64,000 nucleotides of DNA from Octopus vulgaris (GCA_951406725.2 OX597826.1:46376001-46440000), one strand, 5' to 3'. Positions 12,380 to 25,102 are shown, counted from the stretch's first letter. Made by a program: numbers and translations. Notes: generated from the letters alone by a model not told the origin.

Positions 12380-12640
12380 CATTCCAGTTGATCTCATCAA
12401 TGGAACAGCCTGCTCATGACAATAACGAGCACAGTTTGACCAGGGCTGGGCACTCCACAAACACACATACCCCTAATGTAGTACTCAGGGAAATTCAGCA
12501 TAGCACAGAATGTAGAATGCAATAAAGTTGACCCTTAAAGCTACAGGTACAACTTACTTTTGCCAGCTGGATGAACTGGAGCAACGTGAACCAATCTCAC
12601 AATCATGAGCCAGATACATTAACCACTAAGCCATGCATCG
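12380..12640 (-). mobile_element. SINE family B-related, diverged
   Basis: Shares ATCAATGGAACAGCCTGCTC...ACAGGTACAAC with 6722-7080 and 50590-50875. Confidence 0.7.
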
Positions 12641-12683
12641 TTCATTATAATATAATCCTATTTAATTTAGATCAGTGAAAGAG

Positions 12684-12875
12684 ATGTGTTGTAGATACCA
12701 CAGTTATTAAAGTGACACTGCAAAATTAATTTGACACCATGAAATATTTCAGTATTTCTCTACGATATTCACTGTCATATTATTGTATGTTGTAGATACC
12801 TCAGTTATTAAAGTGACACTGTGAATTAAGGTGACACCAGCAAATATTTCTCAATGATATTCAGAGGCATATTAT
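12684..12875. repeat. Imperfect tandem duplication, period about 102 bp
   Basis: TGTTGTAGATACC(A/T)CAGTTATTAAAGTGACACTG...GACACCA...AAATATTTC occurs twice. Confidence 0.85.
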
Positions 12876-14132
12876 CTTGTGAGAGACGGTGAAATGAACA
12901 ATATTAAAAACATCGTAATTATCCAGTGATAACACATGCTTTTGGGCTTTTAGAAGACTACCAATAAGAATAATATCAGTGAGAAATGAGAGGAAGTGAG
13001 CGGAGGGGTTGGGAAGGTGGGGTGGGAGAGGTCACTGATTAGAGAATAAATTAATAAAAATCTGATTAAAAGCATTAAAGAAATTCTTTCTAGTCACTCT
13101 GAACTCTGGAACTTTCCTCTTCTCACAAGAATTGTTTTGGGGTCCTTTATTTTTTGTTTTTGCACTGCATTTAAAGAGATTTCAAATTAATTATTAAAAT
13201 GAGGAACAATTGACCAGCAAGGAATATAATTGGTTCAATTACTGTAACATCGTTAGCTGTCAGAGGTTGATTGCGACGTATCAGACTGCAGTAAGTCCAC
13301 TTAAATGAGCAGCAGTAAAATAGAAATAAAAAATCTAAAAACAAAAATAAAAACAAACAAAACTAATTGATGTTAATGAAGAAGAGATATAGGAAATTTT
13401 TTATTGTGGATTGTTATTTATTTTTTGTTGTTGTTTTATTTGGCTTTTCTTCTTTCAGTTTTGATTTATAACCTAACAACGTTCATTCTAATGGCCTTGT
13501 GAGCCACAAATGAAATATAATAACAAACAAAAAAAAAAAATTTTTTAAACCATATGGAGTAAAGAATACAAGACAAAACTAGCTATTTAGACTAAGCAGG
13601 AAAAAAAAAAAACTGGAAATCTTTAAAAATCATAAAAAATTTGCTGAGTACCAAGGTTTCAATTTCTATGTGGTCGTTCATTTGTTTTTACATCTATTTT
13701 TCTAAGCTTGCATGGTTTTTGAGGCACCGCATAGCTTTTTGAAGCATTGTTTCACAGCCAGATGCTCTTCTTGTTTCTAATCCCTGTTATTCAAGAGTGG
13801 GACATTTTTGGACTTCTTATTCTATGTCTTCAAATATGATGGTTCCATCTGATGTTTTTGAAGGTTCTCAGGGCTTTCTTAGGCAAGCTGTCAATCCTCT
13901 TTGCCAGGGTCTTCATGAGGGGCCACACTTCTGCTCTTTGTCTTCCAGGAGATAGAGCACCTCCATAGGGAGTGCATGACTCCAGGGGCCAGAGCATAAG
14001 AAGTATATCTTCAAAGGCTCAGAACCAGCAGCAGAATCATTGAGAGAGGAAACTGACATCAACAAGACCACTTGTAGCACAGCAATTTTAGCAGAAGGAC
14101 AAATGTAAGCAAATAAACAAACACACACACAA

Positions 14133-14171
<39 letters not shown>

Positions 14172-14199
14172 ATATAATTTGTGAGTGTGTAGGTATGCA

Positions 14200-14565
14200 T
14201 ATCATCATCATTATTTAACATCCGTTGTCCATGCTGGCATGGGTTGGACAGTTTGACCAGGGCTGGCAAGCTGGAAGGCTGCACCAGACTCCAGTCTGGT
14301 TTTGGCATGGTTTCTATGACCAGATGCCCTTCCAAATGCCAACCACTCCGAGAGTGTAATGGGTGCTTTTACATGTCACAGGCACATGTGCCATTTGCAT
14401 GGTATCGGTATCTGCCAATGGACTCAGTCATTGCCTCCGTGAGGCCCAATGGTCGAAGCCTGGCATAATGCCAAATGATCTTGGTCTTTGCTTCCGTAAG
14501 GCCCAATGCTTGACAGGTGCTTTTACATGCCACTGGCACAAGTACCATTTGTGTGACACCGGTAC
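14200..14565 (-). mobile_element. RTE LINE 3' UTR fragment
   Basis: (CAT)n tail, CCATGCTGGCATGGGTTGGAC, GATGCCCTTCC, and copies of the ORF-end motif CATTGCCTCCGTGAGGCCCAA. Confidence 0.8.
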
Positions 14566-14611
14566 GTGTGTGTGTGTATATATATATATATATAAAAATT
14601 TTTTATATATA

Positions 14612-14672
<61 letters not shown>

Positions 14673-14684
14673 ATGTATGTATGT

Positions 14685-14960
14685 GGAGGCACATGGCCAA
14701 GTGGTTAAGGTGCTACAACCATGAGGTCGTGGTTTCAATTCCTGGACCAGGTGGTGTGTTGCGTTCTTGAGCAAAACACTTCATTTCATGTTGCTGTGCA
14801 ATCACTTCGACACTTTGTGTGTGGTACATCATGCACCTGTTCAGGCAATGGAACTTGATGAGGGAAGTGAGCTAATATACAGCACATCCATTTGATTACA
14901 ATAAACAAATGATTTGCGCAAGCCGTTTGGTAAGAAATTGGAGAACCATCTTTATCAGAC
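14685..14960 (+). mobile_element. tRNA-derived SINE, family B-like head
   Basis: GGAGGCACATGGCCAAGTGGTTAAGG...GGTTTCAATTCC...TTGAGCAAAACACTTCATTTCA. Confidence 0.75.
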
Positions 14961-15054
14961 CATGAGAGACTACCACAATCATGTCTACCTTTGAAAATTA
15001 ATTAAGAAGCTGTAGTCTTCATCTGTGGGGAAAAAAATCTTTTTATAAATGTAT

Positions 15055-15267
15055 TACTCTCTTTACTCTTTAATTTGTTTCAGTCATTTGACTGCGGCCA
15101 TGCTGGAGCACCACCTTTAGTCGAGCAAATCAACCCCAAGACTTATTCCTTGGAAGCCTAGTACTTATTCTATCGGTCTCTTTTGCCAAACCGTTAAGTT
15201 CCGGGGACGTAAACACACCATCATCGATTGTCAAGCGATGTTGGGGGACAAACACAGACACAAACAT

Positions 15268-15303
<36 letters not shown>

Positions 15304-15467
15304 GCACATATATACGACGGGCTTTTTTCAGTTTCCGTCTACCAAATCCACTAACGAGGCTTTGGTCGGACCGAGGCTATAGTAGAAGACACTTGCCCAA
15401 GGGAATGAACCCAGAACCATGTGCTTGGTAAGCAAGCTACTTACCACACAGCCACTCCTGTGCCTAT
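15055..15467 (-). mobile_element. SINE family A, full length
   Basis: Same head, microsatellite and tail layout as 16757-17157. Confidence 0.9.
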
Positions 15468-15768
15468 GTTAAAAGATACAATATACTTCAGAGTTAGGTG
15501 GAATAAAATTTCCCCAGAAGTGACTGTGAGAGTGGCAGATGCACATTTCATCATTTTTGCAACTTCTCAGTGCCACGTACTCATGATTAGGGTGAAGCCT
15601 AATCAGCAAGTCTGAAATATACAGAGAAAGTGTATAAGCAATACACTGGTTTGCAATGACGTCACCCAGGCTGAATAAAATTCAGATTATGCAATAGATG
15701 CTCTACAATAATATCTTTATCCGTATGACTTACTTAACCTTCTAGCATTCAGATTTCTTGAGCATTAC

Positions 15769-16016
15769 TTAACCTTCTAGCATTCAGATTTCTCAGTCAA
15801 ATGTAATGCTTAATTAGTGACATGGATAAAAATTAGTCATGCATTACTTAGTAGCTAGAAGACTTTAATGATGTGATTGTTTATTTTTAGAATAATATTG
15901 TATGGTAAGTACAAGAAACCAGATCAGGCCAGTTTGAAGATAAAACAGGTAGAATATTCTGGCCTGATATGGTCAGACAAGGTCGGATATGGTTGGCTTA
16001 AATGCTGAAGAGTTAC
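15769..16016. mobile_element. piggyBac-type MITE; its left end is duplicated 35 bp upstream
   Basis: TTAA-CCTTCTAGCATT...AATGCTGAAGAG-TTAC; related copies at 36841 and 54277. Confidence 0.65.
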
Positions 16017-16219
16017 GTATGAGTATTATTGAAAAGAAAGCTTCCTTCGCCTAGTGACGATGTGTTTCATCTCATACCTGAGAAATGTAGAAATTACAGA
16101 GCTTTTGGTTTGATATAACATCTGTTTATATAATAAACGAACCAGTTCGTATAACAACTACAATTACTTCATTTTCTGTATATCATGAATAAGAAAAAGA
16201 CACACACACACACACACAC

Positions 16220-16258
<39 letters not shown>

Positions 16259-16756
16259 AAGTCTGCTCACAAACATCTGTTGCTAAAGAAGAAAACTGAC
16301 TGGAGCAAATATCTTACACTGGATACTCATTATCAGCCCAATTAAAATATATAAAACGAATATAGTCAAAGGTAAAAGGTAAGAGACATGCAGATTTAAA
16401 AAGAGGGTGGAAAATGAAAGGAATAGAGAGAGAAAGAGAGAGAAAGGGAGTAATAAAGACAAACAGAGAGAAGGTAACAAAGACTGAGGGAGCAAGGTGG
16501 GGTGAATTAGTGTACAGTGGGGTTACGGACTAGTTTAGACTTAGAATATTCCAATGTTTGATTTGTTACCTCTAAAACCATATGTCTACTACTCAAAACT
16601 GACTGGAACTAAACAAACAACAATAATAATTATTATTTCAAATTTTTGCCACAAGGGCAGCTGGGGGAAGATGGGGATGAGTCAATTACATTGATCCCAG
16701 TGTCCAACTGGTACTTTTTTTTTATTGACCCCGAAAGGACGATAGGCAACAACGAT

Positions 16757-17157
16757 AGGCGCAGGAGTGGCTGTGTGGTAAGTAGCTTGCTTACCAACCA
16801 CATGGTTCTGGGTTCAGTCCCACTGTGTGACACCTTGGGCAAGTGTCTTCTACTATAGCCTTGGGCCGACCAAAGCCTTGTGAGTGGATTTGGTTGACAG
16901 AAACTGAAAGAAGCCCATTGTATATATGTATATGTATATATGTCTGTATGTGTATATGTTTGTGTGTCTGTGTTTGTTCCCCCTAGCATTGATTGACAAC
17001 CAATGCTGGTGTGTTTACATCCCCGTAACTTAGCGGATCGGCAAAAGAGACCGATAGAATAAGTACTAGGATTACAAAGAGTAAGTCCTGGGGTCGATTT
17101 GCTCGACTAAAGGCGGTGCTCCAGCATGGCCACAGTCAAATGACTGAAACAAGTAAA
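16757..17157 (+). mobile_element. SINE family A, full length
   Basis: GGCGCAGGAGTGGCTGTGTGG (A box), GGTTCAGTCC (B box), CORE-like CCTTGGGCAAGTGTCTT, internal TA/TG repeat, 3' tail. Confidence 0.92.
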
Positions 17158-17401
17158 GAATAATAATAATAACATTAAATGGAAACTCATATTTTCGTAA
17201 GAAGTCCAAATTTCATCGGAAGAAATATGTGAAGATTCTACTTTCAATCCATGTTTGTAAATCTATTGGAATAGAAATCTTTAAAAAAAAGTTACATGTT
17301 ATATGGATGTCTCAGCAACACATGAATCTGTATGTGACATTTCACATGTAGCACTGCTGTTATATCTCTCAACATATTTATCATTATTATTTTTTGCTTT
17401 G

Positions 17402-17438
<37 letters not shown>

Positions 17439-17442
17439 AATT

Positions 17443-17677
17443 AAGGCAGTCAACTGACAGAGTCATTAGCATGCCAAGTAAAAATGCTTAGTGGCAATTC
17501 ATCTGTTTTCACATTCTGAGTTCAAATTCCACCAAGGTCTACTATGCCTTTCATCCTTTCACGGTCAATAAAATAAGTACCAGTTGAGGACCAGGACTGA
17601 TATAATTGACTGACCACAAACCCCAAATTTGCTGGTCTTATGCCAAAATTTGAAAACCGCTATTATTATGATGATAA

Positions 17678-17711
<34 letters not shown>

Positions 17712-17915
17712 GATGACAAGCTCACAGAACTGTTAGCATGCTGGAAAAAATGCTTAGCAGCATTTTGTCCATCTCTACACTTTGAGTTTAACTTCTGCTG
17801 AGGTTGACTGCCTTTCATCCTTTCAAGGTCAATAAATTAAGTACCAGTGAAACATTAGGGTTGATGTAATCAACTAGTCCGGTCCCCCAAAATTTCAGGC
17901 CTTGCGCCTATAGTT
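17443..17915 (+). mobile_element. Two tandem SINE family D copies (Nin/Deu-domain-like body)
   Basis: GAGTTCAAATTC B box, then GCCTTTCATCCTTTC..GGTCAATAAA(A/T)TAAGTACC, resembling the Nin/Deu domain. Each copy follows a trinucleotide repeat. Confidence 0.75.
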
Positions 17916-17934
17916 GATACTTTTTTACTCTTTT

Positions 17935-18346
17935 TACTCTTTTACTTGTCTCAGTCATTTGACTGTGGCCATGCTGGAGCACCGCCTTTAGTCGGGCAAA
18001 TCAAACCCAGGACTTATTCTTTGTAAGCCTAGTACTTATTCGATCAGTCTCTTTTGCCAAACCGGTATGTTACGGGGACGTAAACACACCAGCATCGGTT
18101 GTCAAGCAATGTTAGGGGGACAGACACAGACACACAAACATATACACACACACATACATATATATATGTGTACATATATACGACGGGCTTCTTTCAGTTT
18201 CCATATACCAAATCCACTCACGAGGATTTGGTCAGCCTGAGGCTATAGTAGAAGACACTTACCCAAGGTGCCACGCAGTGAGACTGAACCTAAAACCATG
18301 TAGTTCATAAGCAAGCTACTTACCACATTTCCACTTCTACACCTAT
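17935..18346 (-). mobile_element. SINE family A, full length
   Basis: Reverse complement matches 16757-17157. Confidence 0.9.
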
Positions 18347-18375
18347 GGGTGGTGGTGACGGTGATTATGATGGTA

Positions 18376-19166
18376 GTGGTGGTCAGATGTGTAAGTTCAA
18401 GGATGGCATACTAGAGATTGTTATCACGGAAGGGCTGGGGGTGGATAAGAGGATGGTAAATGAAAGGTGTGGGGGGGCAGGAGTGTCATCATCATCATCA
18501 TCAAGCTGGCAGAATTGTTAGCACACTGAGCAAAATGCTTAGCAGCATTTCATCTGTTTTTACAATCTGAGTTCAAATTCTGCCGAGGTCACCTTTGCCT
18601 TTCATCCTCTCAGGATCAATAACATAAGTAACAGTTGAACACTGGAGTCAATATAATTGAACCTGCTGTCCTTGTGCCAAAATTTGAAATTGTTATTTAA
18701 GTTGCTTGAAACAAAAATTCTGATTTAATATTCAATTTTTTGTTAAAGTAAGCCTTTTGTTACCACATTAATTTTTGAAAAAAGTGAAGAATTTAGTAAA
18801 CTAACTGTATCATTCTTAAGCTGGCATTTGGAACATAAATTAACGAATACAGAATAAAATACTGGAAGGCATTAAGTGTTTTCCAGACACTTTATATTAA
18901 TTTATGATAATTTATAATCACCATTTCCTAACATAAAAATAAAAATATTGAAAAAAAAAAAAATCCACCAAAATTCCTAAAATAACAATAGCAATCTTTG
19001 ATTTGCTAAGCAGCTGTGAAAACTCAATTTTCTTAGTTCCCTGCCCACCGCCCACTGCTACCACTGCTACCACACCTTTTATTTACCATCCTTCTATCCA
19101 CCCCCAGCCCTTCCATGATAACTATCTCTAGTATGCCATCCTGGAACTTACACATCTGACCACCAC
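18376..19166. repeat. 97-bp inverted repeat (arms 18376-18472 and 19070-19166)
   Basis: Arms differ at 6 of 97 positions by manual alignment. Confidence 0.92.
18503..18690 (+). mobile_element. SINE family D
   Basis: AAGCTGGCAGAATTGTTAGCAC...GAGTTCAAATTCTGCCGAGGTC. Confidence 0.8.
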
Positions 19167-19712
19167 CTCCTCCACCAAACCACCACTACCATCACAACCA
19201 CCATCACCACCACCAAATCGCCATCAGCAATCAATGTTTGGCAGATGGTGCACTCTTTTCTATCTGCTAATTTGCAGGTGTTGACTCCCACCCACGTGCT
19301 GAAGAGAGAATCACCAAGTGACGCTGATGTTTTCAACTGGATGCTTCCGAACATTTTGAAATGCCCTCATCTCAAAACATCCCAAAACCCCATCTCGGTC
19401 CACATCTAAATAAAGCATTGCTTTCAATAACAGCTGGAAATGGATATTTACTGCACCCCTTCTTTAGGTGCTGTGGCTATAAATATTCAAACTACATGAC
19501 ACCAGAAGGATCTGCTTTAGCACAGCTGACACAAAGAAAAAAAAAATTGCAATAATGATAATAAATTTATTACATCCTGAATTCAAATCCTGCGGAGGTC
19601 AACTTCACTTTTCATCTCAGTGGTGGGATCATTAACGTACCAGTTGATCACTGGAGGCATTTTAATAACCAAACCCTTCACCACCACCAAATCACCATCA
19701 GCAATCAATGTT

Positions 19713-20008
19713 TGGCACGGAAGCCAGTCGAGCGCCGCCTCACTGGCTTCCGTGCCAGTGGCACGTAAAATGCACCAATCCGACCGTGGCCGTTGCCAGC
19801 CTAGCCTGGCACCTGTGCAGGTGGCACGTAAAAAGCACCCACTACACTCACGGAGTGGTTGGCGTTAGGAAGGGCATCCAGCTGTAGAAACATTGCCAGA
19901 TAAGACTGGAGCCTGGTGCAGCCATCTGGCTTCCCAGATCCCCGGTCGAACCGTCCAACCCATGCTAGCATGGAGAACGGACGTTAAACGATGATGATGA
20001 TGATGATG
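19713..20008 (+). mobile_element. RTE LINE 3' UTR fragment, young
   Basis: GTGGCACGTAAAAAGCAC units, TTGGCGTTAGGAAGGGCATCC, GGACGTTAAACG(ATG)n tail. Confidence 0.85.
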
Positions 20009-20049
20009 ACCCTTCCCCTCAAAACTACTTGCATCTAACACAGAAAAAA

Positions 20050-20890
20050 AATTATGGCACTGGTTACAAAAATGTAATCTGAAACAGAGGCCTTGATGTG
20101 TAGTACTCATCAACAACAATTAAGAACTAACATCAAACACAAAATTAGACCAATCAGTAGGATCAGACAAATGTAGAATGTGTGGTGAAACTTGGGAGAC
20201 AGTGTAGCATGTTTTAAGAGAAGGTATGACAATGTCAGCAGAATGGTCCGCTGGGAACTATGTAACAAGTTTGGATTAGAAAGAGTGAGAAAACAGTATG
20301 AGCAGGAGCAAAAGGTGTGATAGAAAATATGAGTTAAGATCTTTTGGGATTTCATGATCCAGTATGATTAAAATCAAACATTGGAAACTCAATATTGTAC
20401 AGATAGACGCGGAAGAAAAGTCATGCCTGATCATAGACATCTGGGTTCAGTCCCACTATGTGGCACCTTGGGCAAGTCTCTTCTACTATAGCCCCGTCTA
20501 TACATAGACATCACTTGCTCAGGTGACAGAAGAATTGTCAAAGAAAAGAGAGAAAATCTAATGCGATACAAAGCTCTGAGGAGAGAAATAGAAAAGCTGA
20601 TGTCAACAAAAAGAGTGTGTAATGTTCCAATAATTGGTTGCACCAAAGTTCAGTGGGCAAAGGAATTTGTTGGAAATGACAGGAAAAAAGATGAAAATAA
20701 AGCATATCTGGAAAACAGCATCCCTTGGCAGTACAAAGAGTATCTGCAAAGTTCTCAAGACTTGAAAAGAAGGGATCACCTTAGTTCACAAGAAGTGAGC
20801 AGTTGGTACATTAATGACACCTCCAGAAAGAAGCTGAGTATGCTAGACATGATAATGAGGATGATGATGATGATAATAATCATAATGATA
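20050..20890 (+). mobile_element. R4/Dong-like (restriction-like endonuclease) LINE 3' relic
   Basis: Disrupted translation WHWLQK.NLK..TEALM, CRMCGETWETV*H, RRYDNVSRMVRWELC, KIFWDFMIQ, CLIIDI..., VPIIG; ends in (ATG/ATA)n. Confidence 0.8.
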
Positions 20891-21049
20891 ATCCTTTTTG
20901 TTATAGGTGTGAGCCTGAAATTTTGTGGAAGGGCACTGGTTGATTACATCCACCCCAGTGCCCAGATAAAGGTGGATTGATCATTACCAGCTCCAAGAGG
21001 AAACAGAGTAACTGGTGATGGAGGTGGGACAGAGGGTGGAGTGTGTCTG

Positions 21050-21390
21050 TGAGTGACTTTATGGAATGAGCCCAGCCAGCCCCAAAGAGCAGAAGCCATT
21101 ACAGTAACAGTATAAAAGGCAGAGAGAAGAGACAGCAAACCAGTGGACCCAAGACAGGAATCTAATTGTGACAAATTTTATGTCAATCAGTTGGGAAGCC
21201 ATTTTCTGGATGCAATCGAAGATATCAGTATGTGCAGCAGCAGCATCATTCCAAATATGAGAGCAACACTCTGCAGTTGGTATCACCTGCACTTTGAAGA
21301 GTATCAATGATGATCAAGAGCTTAAGTATCTTGATTAAAGAGAAAGGTCAGTCATTGAGGTGTGGTCCTTTGTTTCATGACTATCCTAAA
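21050..21390 (-). mobile_element. CR1-group LINE ORF2 C-terminal relic
   Basis: LFKVQVIPTAECCSHIW...FDCIQKMASQLI resembles the LYK..IRP.LEY.S.IW...LD.IQKRA.RLI motif. Confidence 0.7.
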
Positions 21391-22135
21391 CTATTCTCTC
21401 ATCATCAACATCATCATCTTTTACAACATCATCATTGTTCATGCTAGCATAGATTGGATGCTTTGATAAGAGTCGGTAAGCTGAGGGGCAGCACCAGACT
21501 CCAGTCTGATTTGGCGTGGTTTCTATGGCTGGATGCCCTTCCTAATGCCAACCACTCCAAGGGTGCTTTTATGTACCACCGGCATAGGTACCATTTGCAT
21601 TATGCTAGTATCTGCCATGACTGCGACTAAAATATCATAGTAGTAGTGTGCACTGTAACATTGCATCTCTGCATCCACCATTTGTTGGTAATTTCCTACT
21701 CCTGGTGGATGATGTTTCTGCATCACTCAAGCAACAATGCTCCAGCCCATGGGTCTATTTAGTTAGTCATTGCTGATGAGGGTTTCATGGGGCTGGAGTG
21801 CAAATCCTAACTCAACTTCTCACAACATGCAAATGAAATGGATCTATTCTTTGGCTGCTAGACCCTCACCATCAAATTGAAAAATTGTAATAATTATAAT
21901 AAAATGTTTTGATAGAACATCATACTGACTAAATGCTAATTTGTAGAGGGAAGCTGAAGAATTAAGAAAGCCTAGAGTTCACATTGCTACCAGTATTGTA
22001 ACTATTGCCAAAATACTTAGCAGGTGAAAGTGACACAACAATAAATAGAAATCAACAACAGGTAAAACTCACATTCACAATGTACACCGATGATCATTAT
22101 ATTAAAATCGTGTAAATAGATGTGAAAACAATTAC

Positions 22136-22165
22136 CTGTAGTCAACTTAACTGTATTCAACCTAG
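22136..22165 (-). CDS. Candidate 30-nt microexon (phase 1-1, RLNTVKLTT)
   Basis: Pyrimidine tract and CCAAG acceptor; ACAG/GTAATT donor; frame-preserving length. Confidence 0.25.
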
Positions 22166-23334
22166 CTTGGCAGGTTAAAGGACATAACAAGCAAAAATCA
22201 ATATCAACAGATAAAATCTGCAATCACAATGGACACCAAGAATCATCATATTGTATTGGAAAATTTTCATCTGAATTTATGCAATAGTAATATTTCTATA
22301 GTTTTTTATTATTTTTTTTAATACTAGACTAATTATTGCATTTCATCAAACTCTCGTTTCTAACACAATTGAGAGACTTATAAAACAAAAGCACTACAGG
22401 ACTTCAGGAATTAAGCTAAAGCTGATGAAACAAGCACTTAATAAATTAGCAGTATTGCTTATAGCACTGACTTCTCAACCAGTAATTTTGCAGCTGTGGC
22501 TATGGCTGTAGTTTAACCTAAAGATAAATTTGACAATGAGCAAACCTATGATCAAGGCATCCCAATTCTGACCATCTTCATCTTTTATTCAAACTATGCA
22601 TATCTTTCCTTTTTTAATACATCAAGGAAAGATTTGAGTGAAATTTAGGTGTCAGTAGAGGGTGATTAATAAAATAGATGTCACTTGATTAGTTCAATGA
22701 GTTACTGGCTCAGAACAAGATTAACTTTTAATCATCAGAATCATGCATTTTCGTCATGGACACAGAACAGTGAGGGTAACGGGATATGAACAGCCAATAC
22801 CTTGGCTAGTTGTCCAACACTTAATTAACTCAACTAGCAACATCCCCTTCATATACACATTTTATTAAAGAATAACACACACACACACACACACATGCCT
22901 TAGGGACACAAATTACAATGGAGTCATAGCAATGTCACTGTGACATATGGCATGTCATAGGCATTTTTACACCAAGCAGGGATCCCCACCCATCATTTAC
23001 ACCAGGTCTGAGCACAGCCACTTTCCTCTCAAAAGAAAGGCAGGAAGTAGAGAGTAAGACAAGAATTGACTCCAGGCGAGGAATCGGTGGTATTTGAACT
23101 CTGAGCTCAGGGAGTGGGAATAAATATTCCAAGACAGTTGATTTCATATTGGAGAAATACTAACTTGCCACCTACATACATTCACACACACATACATACA
23201 TACACATACATATATACACACATATACACACATACACACACACATATATATACAAACACACACACATATATATCCACACACACAAACACATACACACACA
23301 TATATATATGTAAGTATGTATGCATATTCTCTTT

Positions 23335-23724
23335 TAATCCTTTACATGTTTCAGTCGACTGTGGCCATACCGGAGTACCACCTTTAGTAGAAGAAACTGA
23401 CCCCAGGACTTATTCTTTGTAAGTCTAGTACTTATTCTATCAGTCTCTTCTGCCGAACCGCTAAGTTCTGAGGACATAAACACACCAACATCAGTTGTCA
23501 AGCGATGGTGGGGAGACAAACACTGATGGAAAGACACACACACGTAAATATATATACATATATACAACAGGCTTCTTTCAGTTTCCATCTACCAAATCCA
23601 CTCACAAAGCTTTGGTCGGTCCGAGGCTATAGTAGAAGACACTTTCCCGAGGTGCCATACAGTGGGACTGAACCCAGAACCATGTGAAAGGGAAGCAAGT
23701 TTCTTACCACAAACCCATGCCTAT
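23335..23724 (-). mobile_element. SINE family A
   Basis: Matches the family in reverse orientation. Confidence 0.88.
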
Positions 23725-23749
23725 GTATGTGTATATATATATATATATA

Positions 23750-23993
23750 CGTAAAAAGCACCATCCGACAGTGGCCGTTTGCCAGCCCTGTCTGGCTCCT
23801 GTGCCGGTGGCACGTAAAAAGCACCCACTACACTCACGGAGTGGTTGGCGTTAGGAAGGGCATCCAGCTGTAGAAACACTGCCAAATCAGACTGGGCCTG
23901 TTGCAGCCTTCTAGCTTCCCAGAACCCAGTTGAACCGTCCAACCCATGCTAGCATGGAAAGCGGATGCTAAATGATGATGATGATGATGATGA
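23750..23993 (+). mobile_element. RTE LINE 3' UTR fragment
   Basis: As 19713-20008; (ATG)n tail. Confidence 0.85.
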
Positions 23994-24419
23994 TATATAT
24001 GTATACTTGTTATACTTAAGTAAAACATGCAGCAGTGATGTTGCATTTACTGAAATACAACCTGCCAACTGCTCCAGAGAAAAAGGAGGATCAATGCTTC
24101 AGGAAGAGCGTTGTGATGATTGAAATATTGCAGAATCCAATTCAATTAGTTTTCAATAAACTCTGAATAAACGAAGCATCAAACGAGCACTTAACAGAGG
24201 AGTGCTTGCTCAACTGTGAGCCGCAGATCTGCCACTCACCACAGAAGCAGTAATTAGACCAATGTGGATTAGCGGTTAGAGGGATTTCTGCCTAATTTTG
24301 CCAAAGAATGCCGCAGCTTACATAATGTGCAGTATACACCAACAAAAAGTCTTGAATGATAATTGTAATGAATTCTTACACAAGATTCTGGACTGCTGGC
24401 CATTTTGGCCAATTCAAAT

Positions 24420-24463
24420 ACGTACATACATATATGTATGTATGTATGGATATATACATATAT

Positions 24464-24514
<51 letters not shown>

Positions 24515-24567
24515 GACACACAAAACACATGTATACATATATATATATATATATATGTATACATATA

Positions 24568-24598
<31 letters not shown>

Positions 24599-24795
24599 AT
24601 GTATACATGTATATATATATAGGTATATATATATACACACACATATTTATATATATATATATATATAGATATACATGTGTCTATGTATGTATACATATGT
24701 ATATATGTTTGTCTGTGTGTGTGTACCTACACACACACACAGATATACATACATGCATATATATTCGTGTATGTATGTATATATGCATATATATT
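24420..24795. repeat. Compound (TA)n microsatellite
   Basis: Direct reading. Confidence 0.95.
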
Positions 24796-25060
24796 AGGGG
24801 AAATGAGCATTTCTAAAAGGAAGTGCTTCAAGAGTTCTTTCTTGGTCTATCTTTAGTAATTGGAGATGGCGCTTTTCCAAATTAATCATAATTTCGCATT
24901 AAACTGAAAACGAATCTTTCTACGAAAGCGAACTTATAGAAGGCTCTGTAGCACAGATTTTATCACAGATACACATATAAAGAGAACGCTATGTATGCAA
25001 GTATGCGTATCATATCTATATATGTAAGTATAACTATCGTTCACACACATGTACATATGC

Positions 25061-25102
<42 letters not shown>

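Noticed and set aside
13238-13296. TTACTG...CAGTAA-closed hairpin as a possible miRNA or snoRNA
   Set aside because: Interior pairing is poor, there is no recognisable mature miRNA and no proper C/D box pair.
20561-20980. 139-aa ORF as a host gene
   Set aside because: It is the frameshifted end of the R4-like LINE running into an (ATG)n tail.
21773-21800. CTGATGAG motif (also CTGATGA at about 3149, 8399, 9430 and 22422)
   Set aside because: No stem II plus GAAA plus stem III arrangement follows.
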